From: an uncultured Dehalococcoidia bacterium
GTDB lineage: Bacteria; Chloroflexota; Dehalococcoidia; Lucifugimonadales; UBA3495
NCBI GenBank assembly: GCA_950072105.1
Contig: CATMOE010000024.1
Span: forward strand, 1 to 49,378
Direction of reading: 5' to 3'
Length of the DNA: 49,378 bases
Shown here in pieces: positions 19,158 to 29,610 of this stretch. The position numbers and the translations under genes were made by a program. Numbering within the stretch: position 1 is the stretch's first letter; every line of letters starts with the position of its first letter. The notes under the pieces were generated by a model. The model saw only the letters and a program-made list of their open reading frames with translations. It searched no databases and was not told the origin of the DNA.

Positions 19158-20213
19158 ATGGCGGGAGACCTGGCGATTCCGGTGATCGTGTTTCTGGTTA
19201 GCGCCGTATCGGTGATCTTTTTCGGGATACGCCTGGCCGTCTACGGGGACGCTCTTGCCAGCCTTACCGGTTGGGGGCGATTATTCGTAGGAAGCGTCTT
19301 GGTTGCCCTGGCCACATCTTTGCCCGAGCTGTCCACCAACATCTCCGCCGTCCGGCTGGACCCTCCCAACCCATCCCTGGCAGTGGGCAACGTCATGGGC
19401 GCCAACATGCTCAACATGTTCAACATGTCGTTGGTCGCTCTTATCTTCGGGGGCAAACGGTTCCTCCAGCAAATCGCGCCTCAGCAGGGCTATCTGGTCG
19501 CTTTGGCGGTGCTTTTGACGGGGCTGGCGGTGCTCTTCGGCGCGATAAAATTGGACATATCCCTGTGGCAGATCGGTCTGTCGTCCCTGATTCTCATAGT
19601 TGTATTTGTGGTGGGCATGCGGGTGGTCTACGTGACCAAACCCCCGGAGAAAGATTCCGCCGACGAAGCAGACACGGGAAGCATGACTCTCAAACGCGCC
19701 TGGGCGTTGTTCCTCTGCGTCTGTGGGGGGGTGGTGATTGCCGGGTTTTTCCTGGCCTGGAGCACCGACCGCATAGCCGATATCACTGGCGTAGCCTCTA
19801 GCACCCTTGGTATCTTAGCCGTTTCCTTTGTAACCACGATGCCGGAGATGTCGTCGGCCATCGCCGCCGCGCGAATCGGAGCGGCCGACCTAGGGGTGGC
19901 CGGTCTCTTCGGTAGCAACGCGTTCAACGTAACGATCCTATTTTTCGCCGACCCATTCTACCGGGACGGCGTTCTGAGCAGTCAAACCGAGCCGGCCCAC
20001 TTCATCGCCGGGGGCATGGCCGTCGGGCTGATGCTGGTGGCACTGGCGCTGATCTTGGCTCGCAACCGGCTCAAAGCCCCTTTGGTATCGGCCGTATTGG
20101 TCTTGGTGATGCTGGCTTACGTCGCCGGTGCGATAGCCGTGGCCACGGTGGGTGGCGCGGGTGGAGACACCATCCAGCGCACGGCTATCGCCCTGATTCA
20201 ATTCCCGTGGTAG
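19158..20213 (+). CDS. Sodium/calcium (CaCA) antiporter family protein
   Basis: Alpha repeats ATSLPEL...GNVMGAN and TTMPE...GSNAFN. Confidence 0.88.
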   Translation: MAGDLAIPVIVFLVSAVSVIFFGIRLAVYGDALASLTGWGRLFVGSVLVALATSLPELSTNISAVRLDPPNPSLAVGNVMGANMLNMFNMSLVALIFGGKRFLQQIAPQQGYLVALAVLLTGLAVLFGAIKLDISLWQIGLSSLILIVVFVVGMRVVYVTKPPEKDSADEADTGSMTLKRAWALFLCVCGGVVIAGFFLAWSTDRIADITGVASSTLGILAVSFVTTMPEMSSAIAAARIGAADLGVAGLFGSNAFNVTILFFADPFYRDGVLSSQTEPAHFIAGGMAVGLMLVALALILARNRLKAPLVSAVLVLVMLAYVAGAIAVATVGGAGGDTIQRTAIALIQFPW

Positions 20214-22506
20214 CTTTCTCAATAACCGCCTCTAGTTCCGCCCTAACCGATGCGTCTCCCAGGGTGGCAACAGCCGCGTTCAGCGTAGACCGGTACCGGG
20301 CCTGAAAATCCGCCGGCCCATCATCACCGTGCAGTAAGAAGGCCTCCATCAGCCGCCGCGTCAGCCAATCCGGCCCCTGCTTACTGAGCAGACCCTGCAA
20401 AAGATCCCCATCTCCCTCCAATGCATTGATCAAACCGGGCACCACCTTGGACCTATCCTCGTCGTAAGCGAAATAGGCCAACGACTCCGCCACCAAACCG
20501 GTCTCTCCCCGTTCGTCAAAGGCCACGATCAAGTCTGATGCCAGGGCAGCGTCGGCGTGCATCAACCGGTAAATGATTCTGGCCGGCGACGATACCACGG
20601 CAAAGCGATGCCGTGGTATCGTCAAAGCGGTTTCCAGGTCGCTTCGAAGCACGGCCGTGGCGGCGGCGGGATGATTCTGTATGAAGCCTTCCAAAGGGAA
20701 AGACGGTTGCCCAAGGATCCCGGCCATCTCGCTTGGGTCACGGAACGTCCGGACGGCTACTACCCGATACATGGCGAACAGGAAAGGCTCATCAACGATA
20801 AAATTCCCCGACGGCTCCTCCACCAAAATCGCGATGCCCACCGCCAATTCTTCCAGACTGGCTTGAGCGTCGATATCTAATTTGGCGAGCAGTTCATCGG
20901 GGGTTAGCAAAGACCGCAGGTGGAAGGGAGCAACCTCAATCGACCGGCGGAAGGAGTCTTTGTCCAGCGCCCGAACGATGCCTATGGCTGTTCCCCGGTG
21001 GGAATCGCCGAACAATTCAAAAAACAGCTTGATATCTTCTTCGGGAGCGTATTCCACACCTTCCAGGAATGCCACAAGCTCCGCCGCGCCCCGTTGGTGA
21101 TTCCGCCGTCCAGCTGCTATCACACGGTCGACGACGAGGCTGAAGCGGTTTAGCCGGTCAACAAAGCTGGCGGTCGCTTGCAGGGTCGCGCCTTCGGGTA
21201 AGGGGGCCGTATCGGCGAACAGCAACAACAAAGTTTCGTTCGCCATGGCGGGTAAGAAATTTATCAAGATCGGCCGTTTGGGAAGCTCCCCGCGCAACCG
21301 GTCCACCTGGTCTTCAGGTGATCGGCTGATCAGATCAACGGTGAACTCCAGGGCCCCGGCCAGGCTAGGCGCTCGCTCCAGCGGCAGAGATGCCATGTAT
21401 TCGGGGTGCCGGCGGTGCAGGTCCACCTTGTCCCGAAGGTAGCCTCGCCAGAAGCCAAAATTCTCCTCTTTTTGAGCGTCTCCCACCAGCAGATCGAACT
21501 GATCGGCCAGATCGAAAAGTCTCTGCCGCTCTTCCCGAACCAACAATTCCCGGTGACTTGCCAGATTCACGCCAACCAAGTCCTGCTTGCCGGTAAAGTT
21601 GTATGGGCGAAGATCCAAGTGCTCAAAACCCAGGAATTTTCCGGCAAGTATCCGGTCATCACGGGAAAGGCTCCGGTACCAAATCACGGCGTTCTGCCAG
21701 GAACCGTAAGGCCCTTGGTTGAGAAACCGGCTCCAGTACTTACGCAAGACCGGCGGGACCAAGGCCAGGTCGCCGCCGGTGTTGTAAACCATGTCGGCTT
21801 CCAAGTTGTGGATGAGGGGCTCCGGATTGGCGCTGGAAAGCTTGGGTAGGTTGCGCAGGCGTTGCCGCAAGACTTCAAAGCCGTCCGGCGGTTGGGCCAT
21901 GAATGCTAGAACGTCAGAGTGGTAACTTTGAATCGCCGGGGAAAGCTTCTGTCCGCTGGGAACATCCCAGCTCAGACCGGGTGAGCCTTCCACCGGGAAG
22001 CCACCCCAATAAGAGTGGCCCAACTCGTGCATCACTCCGATGGGCTTGGCCTCCCCAACGCCGGCCCAAAACTTGAAGCCGTAACTGCCGAAGAATCCGG
22101 GGTCGCCTCTGGTCTGGCGCAGGTCCAAGCTGTTCACCAGGGCGGCACCTTCACCCGACAAGCCGTACAACCGAACCACCGCGTCCAAACGCTCTTTAAC
22201 CCATGGAGTGTTGCTTGGATTGGGAGTGGGCAGCGGGAGGAGAGTTGGAGCGGTGGCGGTGGTGACTCCCTCTAACATCTCCCTCGGAGTCTCCGAGTTG
22301 GCGGGTTTTTCGGTAGCCGTGTTTACCAACGGCGTTGTCGAGGACGTTGGGCTGGCCGTGGCATCGGTTGTGGGGCCCGGTTGGATCGCGGATCCTTGGG
22401 CCTGGGGCGTCCCGCGGTCATCCCCGGTCGGTTCAGGAATCTCACCCCGGCAAGCCAACGAAGACAAGCCAATGAGGAGGACGCAGGAGAAGAATATCCG
22501 AAGCAT
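20185..22506 (-). CDS. Large putative lipoprotein with HExxH zincin-like motif
   Basis: Signal MLRIFFSCVLLIGLSSLAC (lipobox-like), P/T-rich linker, MHELGHSYW; start at ATG 22506 is inferred. Confidence 0.6.
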   Translation of the reverse strand: MLRIFFSCVLLIGLSSLACRGEIPEPTGDDRGTPQAQGSAIQPGPTTDATASPTSSTTPLVNTATEKPANSETPREMLEGVTTATAPTLLPLPTPNPSNTPWVKERLDAVVRLYGLSGEGAALVNSLDLRQTRGDPGFFGSYGFKFWAGVGEAKPIGVMHELGHSYWGGFPVEGSPGLSWDVPSGQKLSPAIQSYHSDVLAFMAQPPDGFEVLRQRLRNLPKLSSANPEPLIHNLEADMVYNTGGDLALVPPVLRKYWSRFLNQGPYGSWQNAVIWYRSLSRDDRILAGKFLGFEHLDLRPYNFTGKQDLVGVNLASHRELLVREERQRLFDLADQFDLLVGDAQKEENFGFWRGYLRDKVDLHRRHPEYMASLPLERAPSLAGALEFTVDLISRSPEDQVDRLRGELPKRPILINFLPAMANETLLLLFADTAPLPEGATLQATASFVDRLNRFSLVVDRVIAAGRRNHQRGAAELVAFLEGVEYAPEEDIKLFFELFGDSHRGTAIGIVRALDKDSFRRSIEVAPFHLRSLLTPDELLAKLDIDAQASLEELAVGIAILVEEPSGNFIVDEPFLFAMYRVVAVRTFRDPSEMAGILGQPSFPLEGFIQNHPAAATAVLRSDLETALTIPRHRFAVVSSPARIIYRLMHADAALASDLIVAFDERGETGLVAESLAYFAYDEDRSKVVPGLINALEGDGDLLQGLLSKQGPDWLTRRLMEAFLLHGDDGPADFQARYRSTLNAAVATLGDASVRAELEAVIEKATTGIESGR

Positions 22507-22614
22507 CTTCAAAGCGGTTAGCCCAAATCTCAACCAGACGGCCCGAGACGGTATTCCGCACCCGTGCGACGGCAATAAGTCCGGTCACTTTGCGTGGAGT
22601 CTAGCCCGGCTCCT

Positions 22615-23103
22615 TCAGACATCGGCTCCATCGAACTTGGCGATCTGGACGAATCCGCCCTCGTCATCGGACCAGGCAAATAGAGCCGCCTCGACCACTC
22701 GGCGATCGTCGATCCCCACCACAAGCTGTTGGACCGGATACGCCGGACCGTCTCCCCAAGGACTGGTGGCCACCTCCCTATCGGTGGGGGAAAAATAAGC
22801 CTGGCCGTTGGGATGGGAGTGAAAAATTATCCTGGCCGGCATTTCGGATTCCAGGGTTTCATTTAAAGACAGCACGTCGCCGCCGGTAAACACATAGGCA
22901 TTCTCGACGCCGCGTTGGGCTTCGGTGGGATGGGTTCCGGACGCTTGGGCATTCTCGCAGGCCCGCACCACCGTAACTTCATCGCCATCCTTAGGACCCG
23001 AGAGCCAGCCACAGCACTCGGCGGGAAAAGCGCTCCGGGCCTCCCGGTAAATGTCCGATAGGATGCCCGGTGAGATTTTCAACGGAATCAGTTCATCGGC
23101 CAT
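22615..23103 (-). CDS. JAB/MPN (Mov34) metalloprotease, Mec-like
   Basis: PAECCG...FHSHPNGQAYFSPTD JAMM motif. Confidence 0.88.
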   Translation of the reverse strand: MADELIPLKISPGILSDIYREARSAFPAECCGWLSGPKDGDEVTVVRACENAQASGTHPTEAQRGVENAYVFTGGDVLSLNETLESEMPARIIFHSHPNGQAYFSPTDREVATSPWGDGPAYPVQQLVVGIDDRRVVEAALFAWSDDEGGFVQIAKFDGADV

Positions 23104-23243
23104 TTCGAGACTCCTTGTAGCGATGGGGCAGCATATTTTGAATATAGCAGATGCACCTGCACGAGAGAAGTGGCATCAAAGAGTTTAGTAAGGAACACAC
23201 CGCCGGCATTACAGGCGAATCAGTGTAACCAAGGGTAACCAGA

Positions 23244-23414
23244 ATGATTTATTTTAAGGGATGCGCCAAATGCCAGGGCGATATGATTCTTGAAGAAGAC
23301 TTTTACGGAAGCTTCTACAAATGTCTCCAATGCGGGCGTCAAGTGGATGTGGAGGTTCAGGAACTTGGCTTCAGCAAGGAAACAGTCCGCGAAGCCGCCG
23401 AACTGGCTGCCTAG
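23244..23414 (+). CDS. Zinc-ribbon microprotein, 56 aa (not in ORF track)
   Basis: Hand translation MIYFKGCAKCQGDMILEEDFYGSFYKCLQCGRQVDVEVQELGFSKETVREAAELAA; two CxxC pairs. Confidence 0.75.
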   Translation: MIYFKGCAKCQGDMILEEDFYGSFYKCLQCGRQVDVEVQELGFSKETVREAAELAA

Positions 23415-23444
23415 CCCTCGCCGGCACGCCTCGGTGTGCCGGCG

Positions 23445-23936
23445 CTAAATGTCCCCAAGCGCATCTATGGCCTTCCTCCTACGTTCCCGTTCCTCGGCTT
23501 TGAGATGCTCCGAAAACTTGGTGATCACGTCTTCTTGGTCACCAGTCTGGATGGAGCCGGGGCGCTGTTCTCGGACCAATTTCACGGCGTTCTCCGGCGC
23601 GTACCCCACATATACCAGATAGCAAGCCAGGATCGTCCCAGTCCGTCCCAAACCCGCCTGGCAAGTAACCACTATCGGGTGCTCCCACGTCTCGATCTGC
23701 TCGTCGATGAACCTAACCATGCGCTCGATCTGGTCCAATCGGGGCGCGGTAAAATCGGGCACCGGTTCGTACAGGTCCGCCATCTCCACCGCTTCTCCGG
23801 AGATAGTCTGCTCTTCCATCCGTATGATTGCGGTGATTTCATTCAGCTTGAGAAACATCAGATCGCGGCGGCTCTTTGGTCCTTCCGCCCCGGCCAATGC
23901 GCCTTCCAGCAACCAGCTAAAATTTAAATATTCCAA
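23445..23936 (-). CDS. Dual-specificity protein phosphatase family protein
   Basis: NFSW, PVPDF (general acid loop), TCQAGLGRTG CX5R P-loop, RPGSIQT. Confidence 0.9.
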   Translation of the reverse strand: MEYLNFSWLLEGALAGAEGPKSRRDLMFLKLNEITAIIRMEEQTISGEAVEMADLYEPVPDFTAPRLDQIERMVRFIDEQIETWEHPIVVTCQAGLGRTGTILACYLVYVGYAPENAVKLVREQRPGSIQTGDQEDVITKFSEHLKAEERERRRKAIDALGDI

Positions 23937-24117
23937 AGTGCCAACTCCGGCATACGATTATTGTTCGGCATCCCGCCACGCCCAGACGGCAGGGTCAACA
24001 TCATGCGCGGTTAACGCAGCCGTACATTGCGCCTATTATACTTGCAGGCCGATTCTCAAGCCAGACCCACCTGTAGTTACACGACCGGAAAAGAATCGAA
24101 TTAGAGTGATCCTAGGC

Positions 24118-24408
24118 TCAGCCGAAGCTGGCCTCGAGTATCCCACGGACCTCCTCGGGGGATAGGGATTCCACCGTCACCACCTTGTTCCGGGAAGTCT
24201 GTCCACGAACGATACGCACCCTGGATTTAGCCACGCCCAATGCTTGGGCCAGCATGGATAAGACCGCCGCGTTGGCCCGGCCCTTATCCGGGGGAGCGGT
24301 CACCCTCAACTGCAGCACGCCCTCCCGATATCCAACCACTTGGTCCTTAGATGATTTGGGCTGGACTCTTATTGGAAAATTGGCCGTGGGCCCTGGTACT
24401 TTATCCAT
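24118..24408 (-). CDS. DUF167/YggU-family protein
   Basis: IRVQPKSS...VTAPPDKGRAN...IVRGQTSRNK; start at ATG 24408 is inferred. Confidence 0.88.
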   Translation of the reverse strand: MDKVPGPTANFPIRVQPKSSKDQVVGYREGVLQLRVTAPPDKGRANAAVLSMLAQALGVAKSRVRIVRGQTSRNKVVTVESLSPEEVRGILEASFG

Positions 24409-24512
24409 GTTCTTAACTCCCCGGCAGACCCAGCGATCCGGCTCTGCTGAACCCCACGGGCGGCGGTCTGGTATATTTAAGTTAGCCAGACACAAACCCC
24501 TGGAGGACCCCA

Positions 24513-25292
24513 GTGGAGTATACCAACATCAAGCTGGAGATCGAAAACGGCGTGGCCACCATCCGGCTGAACCGGCCCAACGCCCTAAACGCCCTGAGTT
24601 GGGACCTAATGGAGGAGCTTTCGGACGCCATCTCCACCGTGGAGATCGACGAAAGCGTAAAAGCTTTGGTGGTGCGGGGCGAGGGACGGGCTTTCTGCTC
24701 GGGCGCTGACCTGACATTTTTCGAGACGGCCTTTGACGATCCCAGCCAACTGACATCCTATTTAAAGAAGTTCAGCGACTGCCTTTTCGCCTTAGAGGAA
24801 CTCCCGATCCCCGTAATCTCCGTGGTCCACGGCTTTGCTCTGGCGGGAGGATTGGAGCTGATGCTGGCTTGCGACATGACCCTAGCAGCGGAAGACGCCC
24901 GTATCGGCGACCAGCACACCAATTTCGGCCTGATACCAGGCGGAGGCTCCACCCAACGTTTGCCCCGGCGTATCGGGATGCAGAGAGCGATGGAGCTTCT
25001 GACCACGGGAAAATGGCTGTCCGGCGCTGAAGCCGCCGATTGGGGGCTGGTTCTTCGAGCCGTGCCCGCCGATTCACTGGACCAGGAATTGGAAGAATTG
25101 TTAGCGCCTTTACGGACCAAGAGCCGGCCGGGGTTGGGTTGGGTCAAGTCGGTAACCCGCCGGGGCAGCGACCTGCCCTTAGAAGACGGCGTCGCCCTGG
25201 AAAGGATGGCTTTTGTTCAGTACAGCACCACCCACAGCCATCCCAAAGAGGGCATTAAAGCGTTTAAAGAGAAGCGTCAGCCCGAGTTCTAG
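24513..25292 (+). CDS. Enoyl-CoA hydratase/isomerase family protein
   Basis: LNRPNALNAL, AFCSGADL, ALAGGLEL, GLIPGGGSTQRLPR. Confidence 0.92.
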   Translation: MEYTNIKLEIENGVATIRLNRPNALNALSWDLMEELSDAISTVEIDESVKALVVRGEGRAFCSGADLTFFETAFDDPSQLTSYLKKFSDCLFALEELPIPVISVVHGFALAGGLELMLACDMTLAAEDARIGDQHTNFGLIPGGGSTQRLPRRIGMQRAMELLTTGKWLSGAEAADWGLVLRAVPADSLDQELEELLAPLRTKSRPGLGWVKSVTRRGSDLPLEDGVALERMAFVQYSTTHSHPKEGIKAFKEKRQPEF

Positions 25293-25432
25293 CCGCGCCT
25301 GTTCGACAGTGCATCGGGCCGATGCTATCATCCCCATACTCCATGTCGGCTGACGCTAGAAAGCATGGACCAGGCCGTCCGATACTATAAAAACCGAATC
25401 TCCATCCCAAAGATCAAGATTGGTAACCGTCT

Positions 25433-26314
25433 GTGAAGATTAAAGATATTCTAAATAACAACCGGACTATTTCATGCGAGTTCTTTCCTCCCAGGGCTGA
25501 GGAGGGGATACCGGATGTATTTAGCGCCGTTGAACGATTGAAGACCTACCGGCCCGACTTTGTGTCGGTCACCTACGGCGCCGGAGGTTCTACCCGCGCT
25601 TTCACCGAGCGGATCACCTCGGAGATGAAGCAACAATCGGACTTAGAGGTTATGGCCCACCTGACTTGCGTCGGCCAGACCAAAGAGGAGATTCACTCCG
25701 TTCTGGAGCGCCTTGACCAGACGGGAGTCGAAAATATCATCGCTCTGCGAGGCGACCCGCCAAGGGGAGAATCCGATTTCGTTCCCGTGGAAGGCGGGTT
25801 CCAGCACGCCACCGAATTGATCGAGCACATACGCAATAACTTTAAGATGGGAGTTGCCGCCGCGTGCTATCCCGAAGGCCACACCGAGTCGCCCAACCTG
25901 AGCTCCGACCTAGATTACGTTAAGCAAAAGGTGGACAACGGCGCCGATTTTCTGATCACCCAACTGTTTTTCGATAACAGCGATTTTTTCGGATTTATGG
26001 ACCGGGCAAAAAAGGCCGGCATCGACGTCCCAATCATACCCGGACTGCTGCCTATCCTTAGCACCCCCCAGATACGCCGGTTCGCGTCCATGTGCGGCGC
26101 GAGCATACCGCCGGACTTGGACCGCGAACTCGAAAAGTGCGCCGATGATGACCGATCAGCAAGGGCGATCGGCATAGAACACGCTACCAAACAGGTTGAG
26201 GAGCTCTGGGACAACGGTGTTCCGGGCATTCATTTCTACGTCCTGAACCGCAGCTACTCGGTTTCTAAAATCTTGGACAATCTGAATCTGCCGGGACACA
26301 ACGGCCGGGATTAA
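25433..26314 (+). CDS. metF: 5,10-methylenetetrahydrofolate reductase
   Basis: EFFPP, VTYGAGG, AHLTCV, ALRGDPP, YPEGH, ITQLFFD, HFYVLNR. Confidence 0.95.
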   Translation: MKIKDILNNNRTISCEFFPPRAEEGIPDVFSAVERLKTYRPDFVSVTYGAGGSTRAFTERITSEMKQQSDLEVMAHLTCVGQTKEEIHSVLERLDQTGVENIIALRGDPPRGESDFVPVEGGFQHATELIEHIRNNFKMGVAAACYPEGHTESPNLSSDLDYVKQKVDNGADFLITQLFFDNSDFFGFMDRAKKAGIDVPIIPGLLPILSTPQIRRFASMCGASIPPDLDRELEKCADDDRSARAIGIEHATKQVEELWDNGVPGIHFYVLNRSYSVSKILDNLNLPGHNGRD

Positions 26315-26429
26315 AACCGGTATTCCGGGCCGGCAAACATAGGACCAAGCCCGCGAAAACCTCATTTTCCCATTGAACCTACCCCCTTACGCATATCACG
26401 AGTCGATGTGATGGAGTTAAGCCAAGCTG

Positions 26430-26804
26430 ATGCTTACCACCGGCGTTGACATCATCGAGATCGACCGCGTGCGGCAGGTACTGGAGCGATACGGCCAACG
26501 TTTCCTGGACCGCGTCTTCACACCGGGCGAGATCGCTTATTGCCGGGGCCGCGCCCCAAATCTGGCGGCTCGGTTCGCCGCCAAAGAAGCAACTATGAAA
26601 GCCCTCGGCACCGGAATTCGGGGTGTGGGCTGGAAGGACATTGAAGTCGTCCGCCACGAAAGTGGAGCTCCCGCCATCAAGCTGCACCAGCGCGGTGAGA
26701 ACCGAGCCCAAAGACGAGGTGTCCAAGAGATCTCCATCAGCCTATCCCATTCCCGTGATTACGCCGTAGCCTTCGTGGTGATCCGCAGCGAGAGTCCCGG
26801 ATGA
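26430..26804 (+). CDS. acpS: Holo-ACP synthase
   Basis: GVDIIEI, ARFAAKEA.MKALGTG, SLSH. Confidence 0.95.
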   Translation: MLTTGVDIIEIDRVRQVLERYGQRFLDRVFTPGEIAYCRGRAPNLAARFAAKEATMKALGTGIRGVGWKDIEVVRHESGAPAIKLHQRGENRAQRRGVQEISISLSHSRDYAVAFVVIRSESPG

Positions 26805-28363
26805 AAGTTGTCACCGTGGACCAGATGGTGGGTTTGGAACAGGCCGCGGTACGCCACGGAGTCAGTCTGGACACTCTGATGGAAAACGCCGGACTGGCGG
26901 TGGCCGAAGCCGCTCGAAACGAATTGGGCGGCGCGGCAGGCAAGCGGGTGCTGGTGCTGGTGGGACCGGGAAACAATGGCGCCGACGGCCTGGTGGCGGC
27001 GCGCCATCTGAGCCGTTGGGGCGCGAACGCGACCGCCTACCTGGTATTGAACCGTCCCAACTCCGACCCCAAGATGAAACCGGCCCTCGAATACGGCGTC
27101 ACCGTCACCGGAGTTGACCAGGACCCCGAGCTTGCCGCCCTGGACCAACTGATGGGACGGTGCCACCTGGTCATAGACGCAATCTTGGGCACCGGGAAGT
27201 CCCGTCCTTTGTCAGGCCCGGTAAAAGCCGTGATGTCCCGGTTGGAAGCCTGCCGTCACACTAACCACCATCCGATATTTATGGCGCTGGACCTACCCAC
27301 CGGCCTGAATCCCGACACCGGTGAGGTGGATCCGGCGTGTCCCAAGATGGATATCACGGTGGCGCTGGGATATCCCAAAGCCGGTCTCCTGGGCTTCCCA
27401 GGTGCCGAACACGCCGGACGCTTGGAGGTTGCCGGCATCGGCATACCATCGGGCTTGGCGGAAGAATCGGAAATAAACCTGGACCTGATTACACCGGAAT
27501 GGACCGGGGAACACCTGCCGGTCCGTCCGCCCAACTCGCACAAAGGGACTTTTGGACACACTCTGGTGGTGGCGGGCTCTCGTAATTACGTGGGCGCGGC
27601 CTACCTGGCAGCCCAAGCGTCGGTGCGAACGGGCGCCGGGTTAACGACTCTGGCGTCACCAATCAGCGTTTATCCGATCGCCGCCGGTAAGCTGACTGAA
27701 GTCATCCATCTGCCTCTGCCCGAGGATAGCAAAGGCCGGATTCATCCCGAGGGTTCGCAAGTGGTCCGGAGTATCCTGGAACGCTATGACGTGTTGCTGG
27801 CTGGGTGCGGGATGGGTTGGTCCCAAGGTACCAAAGATTTCCTGGAGAAGCTTTTGCTGGGCGAATCTCCCCCTGAATTGCCCATGGTGATCGACGCCGA
27901 CGGTCTCAACAACCTTTCCCAGATAAGCGATTGGTGGCGCCGTCTGGGAGGACCGGTGGTCTTAACTCCCCACCCCGGAGAAATGGCCACGTTGACCGGG
28001 ACTTCTACTCCGGAAGTTCAACGCGACCGGATAAACTCGGCACGGCAATGGTCCCGTCATTGGAACGTCACGGTAGTTCTGAAGGGGGCCCATACCCTGA
28101 TTGCCGAACCCGAAGGACTGATAAGAATCTCTCCTTTCGCCAATCCGGGGTTGGCCTCGGGAGGCACCGGAGACGTGCTGACCGGAATCATCGCCGGCTT
28201 GATGGCCCAAGGGTTATCTCCCGGCGTGGCCGCCAGTTGCGGTGTATACATACACGGACAGGCGGGAGAGGCGGTGCGGACGCGGATCGGCGACACCGGC
28301 TCCATCGCCTCAGACCTGATCGAGCGGTTGCCCGAAACCATTCGTGACTTAAAACGCTCGTGA
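26801..28363 (+). CDS. nnr: Bifunctional NAD(P)H-hydrate epimerase/dehydratase
   Basis: LMENAG, GPGNNGADG, HKGTFG, DADGLN, LTPHPGEM, GGTGDVL. Confidence 0.93.
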   Translation: MKVVTVDQMVGLEQAAVRHGVSLDTLMENAGLAVAEAARNELGGAAGKRVLVLVGPGNNGADGLVAARHLSRWGANATAYLVLNRPNSDPKMKPALEYGVTVTGVDQDPELAALDQLMGRCHLVIDAILGTGKSRPLSGPVKAVMSRLEACRHTNHHPIFMALDLPTGLNPDTGEVDPACPKMDITVALGYPKAGLLGFPGAEHAGRLEVAGIGIPSGLAEESEINLDLITPEWTGEHLPVRPPNSHKGTFGHTLVVAGSRNYVGAAYLAAQASVRTGAGLTTLASPISVYPIAAGKLTEVIHLPLPEDSKGRIHPEGSQVVRSILERYDVLLAGCGMGWSQGTKDFLEKLLLGESPPELPMVIDADGLNNLSQISDWWRRLGGPVVLTPHPGEMATLTGTSTPEVQRDRINSARQWSRHWNVTVVLKGAHTLIAEPEGLIRISPFANPGLASGGTGDVLTGIIAGLMAQGLSPGVAASCGVYIHGQAGEAVRTRIGDTGSIASDLIERLPETIRDLKRS

Positions 28364-28606
28364 TTAAAAGACGAGCCCTTCGGCTGCCGATTTCTTGGGT
28401 AGCCAGGATTGCGGAAAAACTTGCATTTTCGTGCAATGTTGGGCGTTGACGTTATGATATACTTTATTTTCCCGTAGTAACCCGATGGTAATTGTATAAT
28501 ATACGCAATGCGCCGACGCCAAACGACCTCTAGCAGCAAAGCTTACATGACAACCACCGAAACCCATACGTCAAACTCATCGCTGACCCAGAACCGGGGG
28601 TAGGCC

Positions 28607-29530
28607 ATGGCTCTGGAGAGTTTCCTCGAGGCCCTTGCTGAAGACGCGAACGAAGTGGATCTGGGTGATTTCTTTGAGGCTTCCGGCCTGTTGCCCGAAG
28701 AGTTAATCATCTTCGCCCGGGCTTGGTTCGGTTTCACCGTTGAGAATCAGCGTTGGATCATCGCCACCATGGCGGAATTGGCCGAGGACAGCTCCGAATT
28801 AGACTTTTCCGCAGTCTTCCGGATGTGCTTGAGGGACAAAGATGAAGAGGTCCTGGAAAAGGCTATCGAAGGGTTATGGGAGGATGAAGACCGCGCTATC
28901 ATTCCCGGTCTGATCCAAGTTCTGCATTCAGATAAGAGTCCCCAGGTGAGAGCCGCGGCGGCCGTGGCTCTGGGCAAGTTCCCGGCGCTCGTCCAGGAAG
29001 GTAAGTTGCTGGCTAAGGACGGAGACTCGATCCTGGAAAGCCTTATGGACATCCTGAAAGACTCCGGCCAGCCCTTGGAAGTTGTCAGGCGAAGCATGGA
29101 AGCCGTCGCTCCATTCAACACGCCGGATATAAGGAAATTCGTCACCCGCGCCTACAAGGGCGATGACCTGTCGCTGAAAAGTAGCTCGATCTATGCCATG
29201 GGGCGCACTGGTGAAGTCAGCTTGCTGCCTGTAATAATCAAGGAATTGCAGAACCCGGAACCTTCCATCCGCTACGAATCGGCCCACGCCTGCGCCGAAC
29301 TAGGCGAGGAAGACGCCGTGCCCCACTTGGTCGCGTTACTCGACGATGACGACAATCAGGTGCAACTGGCCGGAATCAGCGCCTTGGGAAAGATCGGCGG
29401 ACCGCTGGCCAAGAAGATCCTCGTCAACTGCGTCAAAGACGGCGACGCCGTCCTGGAAGACGCTGCCCGGTCCGAGTTAGAGAATATCGAGTTTCTCGAA
29501 GACCCCATGGCCTTCAACTCCGAGATATAG
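28607..29530 (+). CDS. HEAT/PBS-lyase repeat protein
   Basis: Repeated VRAAAAVALG, IRYESAHACAELG and VQLAGISALGKIG units. Confidence 0.85.
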   Translation: MALESFLEALAEDANEVDLGDFFEASGLLPEELIIFARAWFGFTVENQRWIIATMAELAEDSSELDFSAVFRMCLRDKDEEVLEKAIEGLWEDEDRAIIPGLIQVLHSDKSPQVRAAAAVALGKFPALVQEGKLLAKDGDSILESLMDILKDSGQPLEVVRRSMEAVAPFNTPDIRKFVTRAYKGDDLSLKSSSIYAMGRTGEVSLLPVIIKELQNPEPSIRYESAHACAELGEEDAVPHLVALLDDDDNQVQLAGISALGKIGGPLAKKILVNCVKDGDAVLEDAARSELENIEFLEDPMAFNSEI

Positions 29531-29610
29531 CCTTCCCGGCGAACCCTCCCGGCGATCGACGGTGATTTCCCGCCTATGGTTGAATCCTCCAAGCCGTCGA
29601 TCCATCAAAG

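Noticed and set aside
28547..28606. Thr/Ser-rich 18-codon uORF in frame with the HEAT gene, separated by TAG; considered with the 39482 TAG as possible amber recoding
   Set aside because: Many clear genes here end in TAG (1034, 2693, 5230, 10955), no pyl genes are visible, and GGGGGTAGG is better explained as the RBS for ATG 28607
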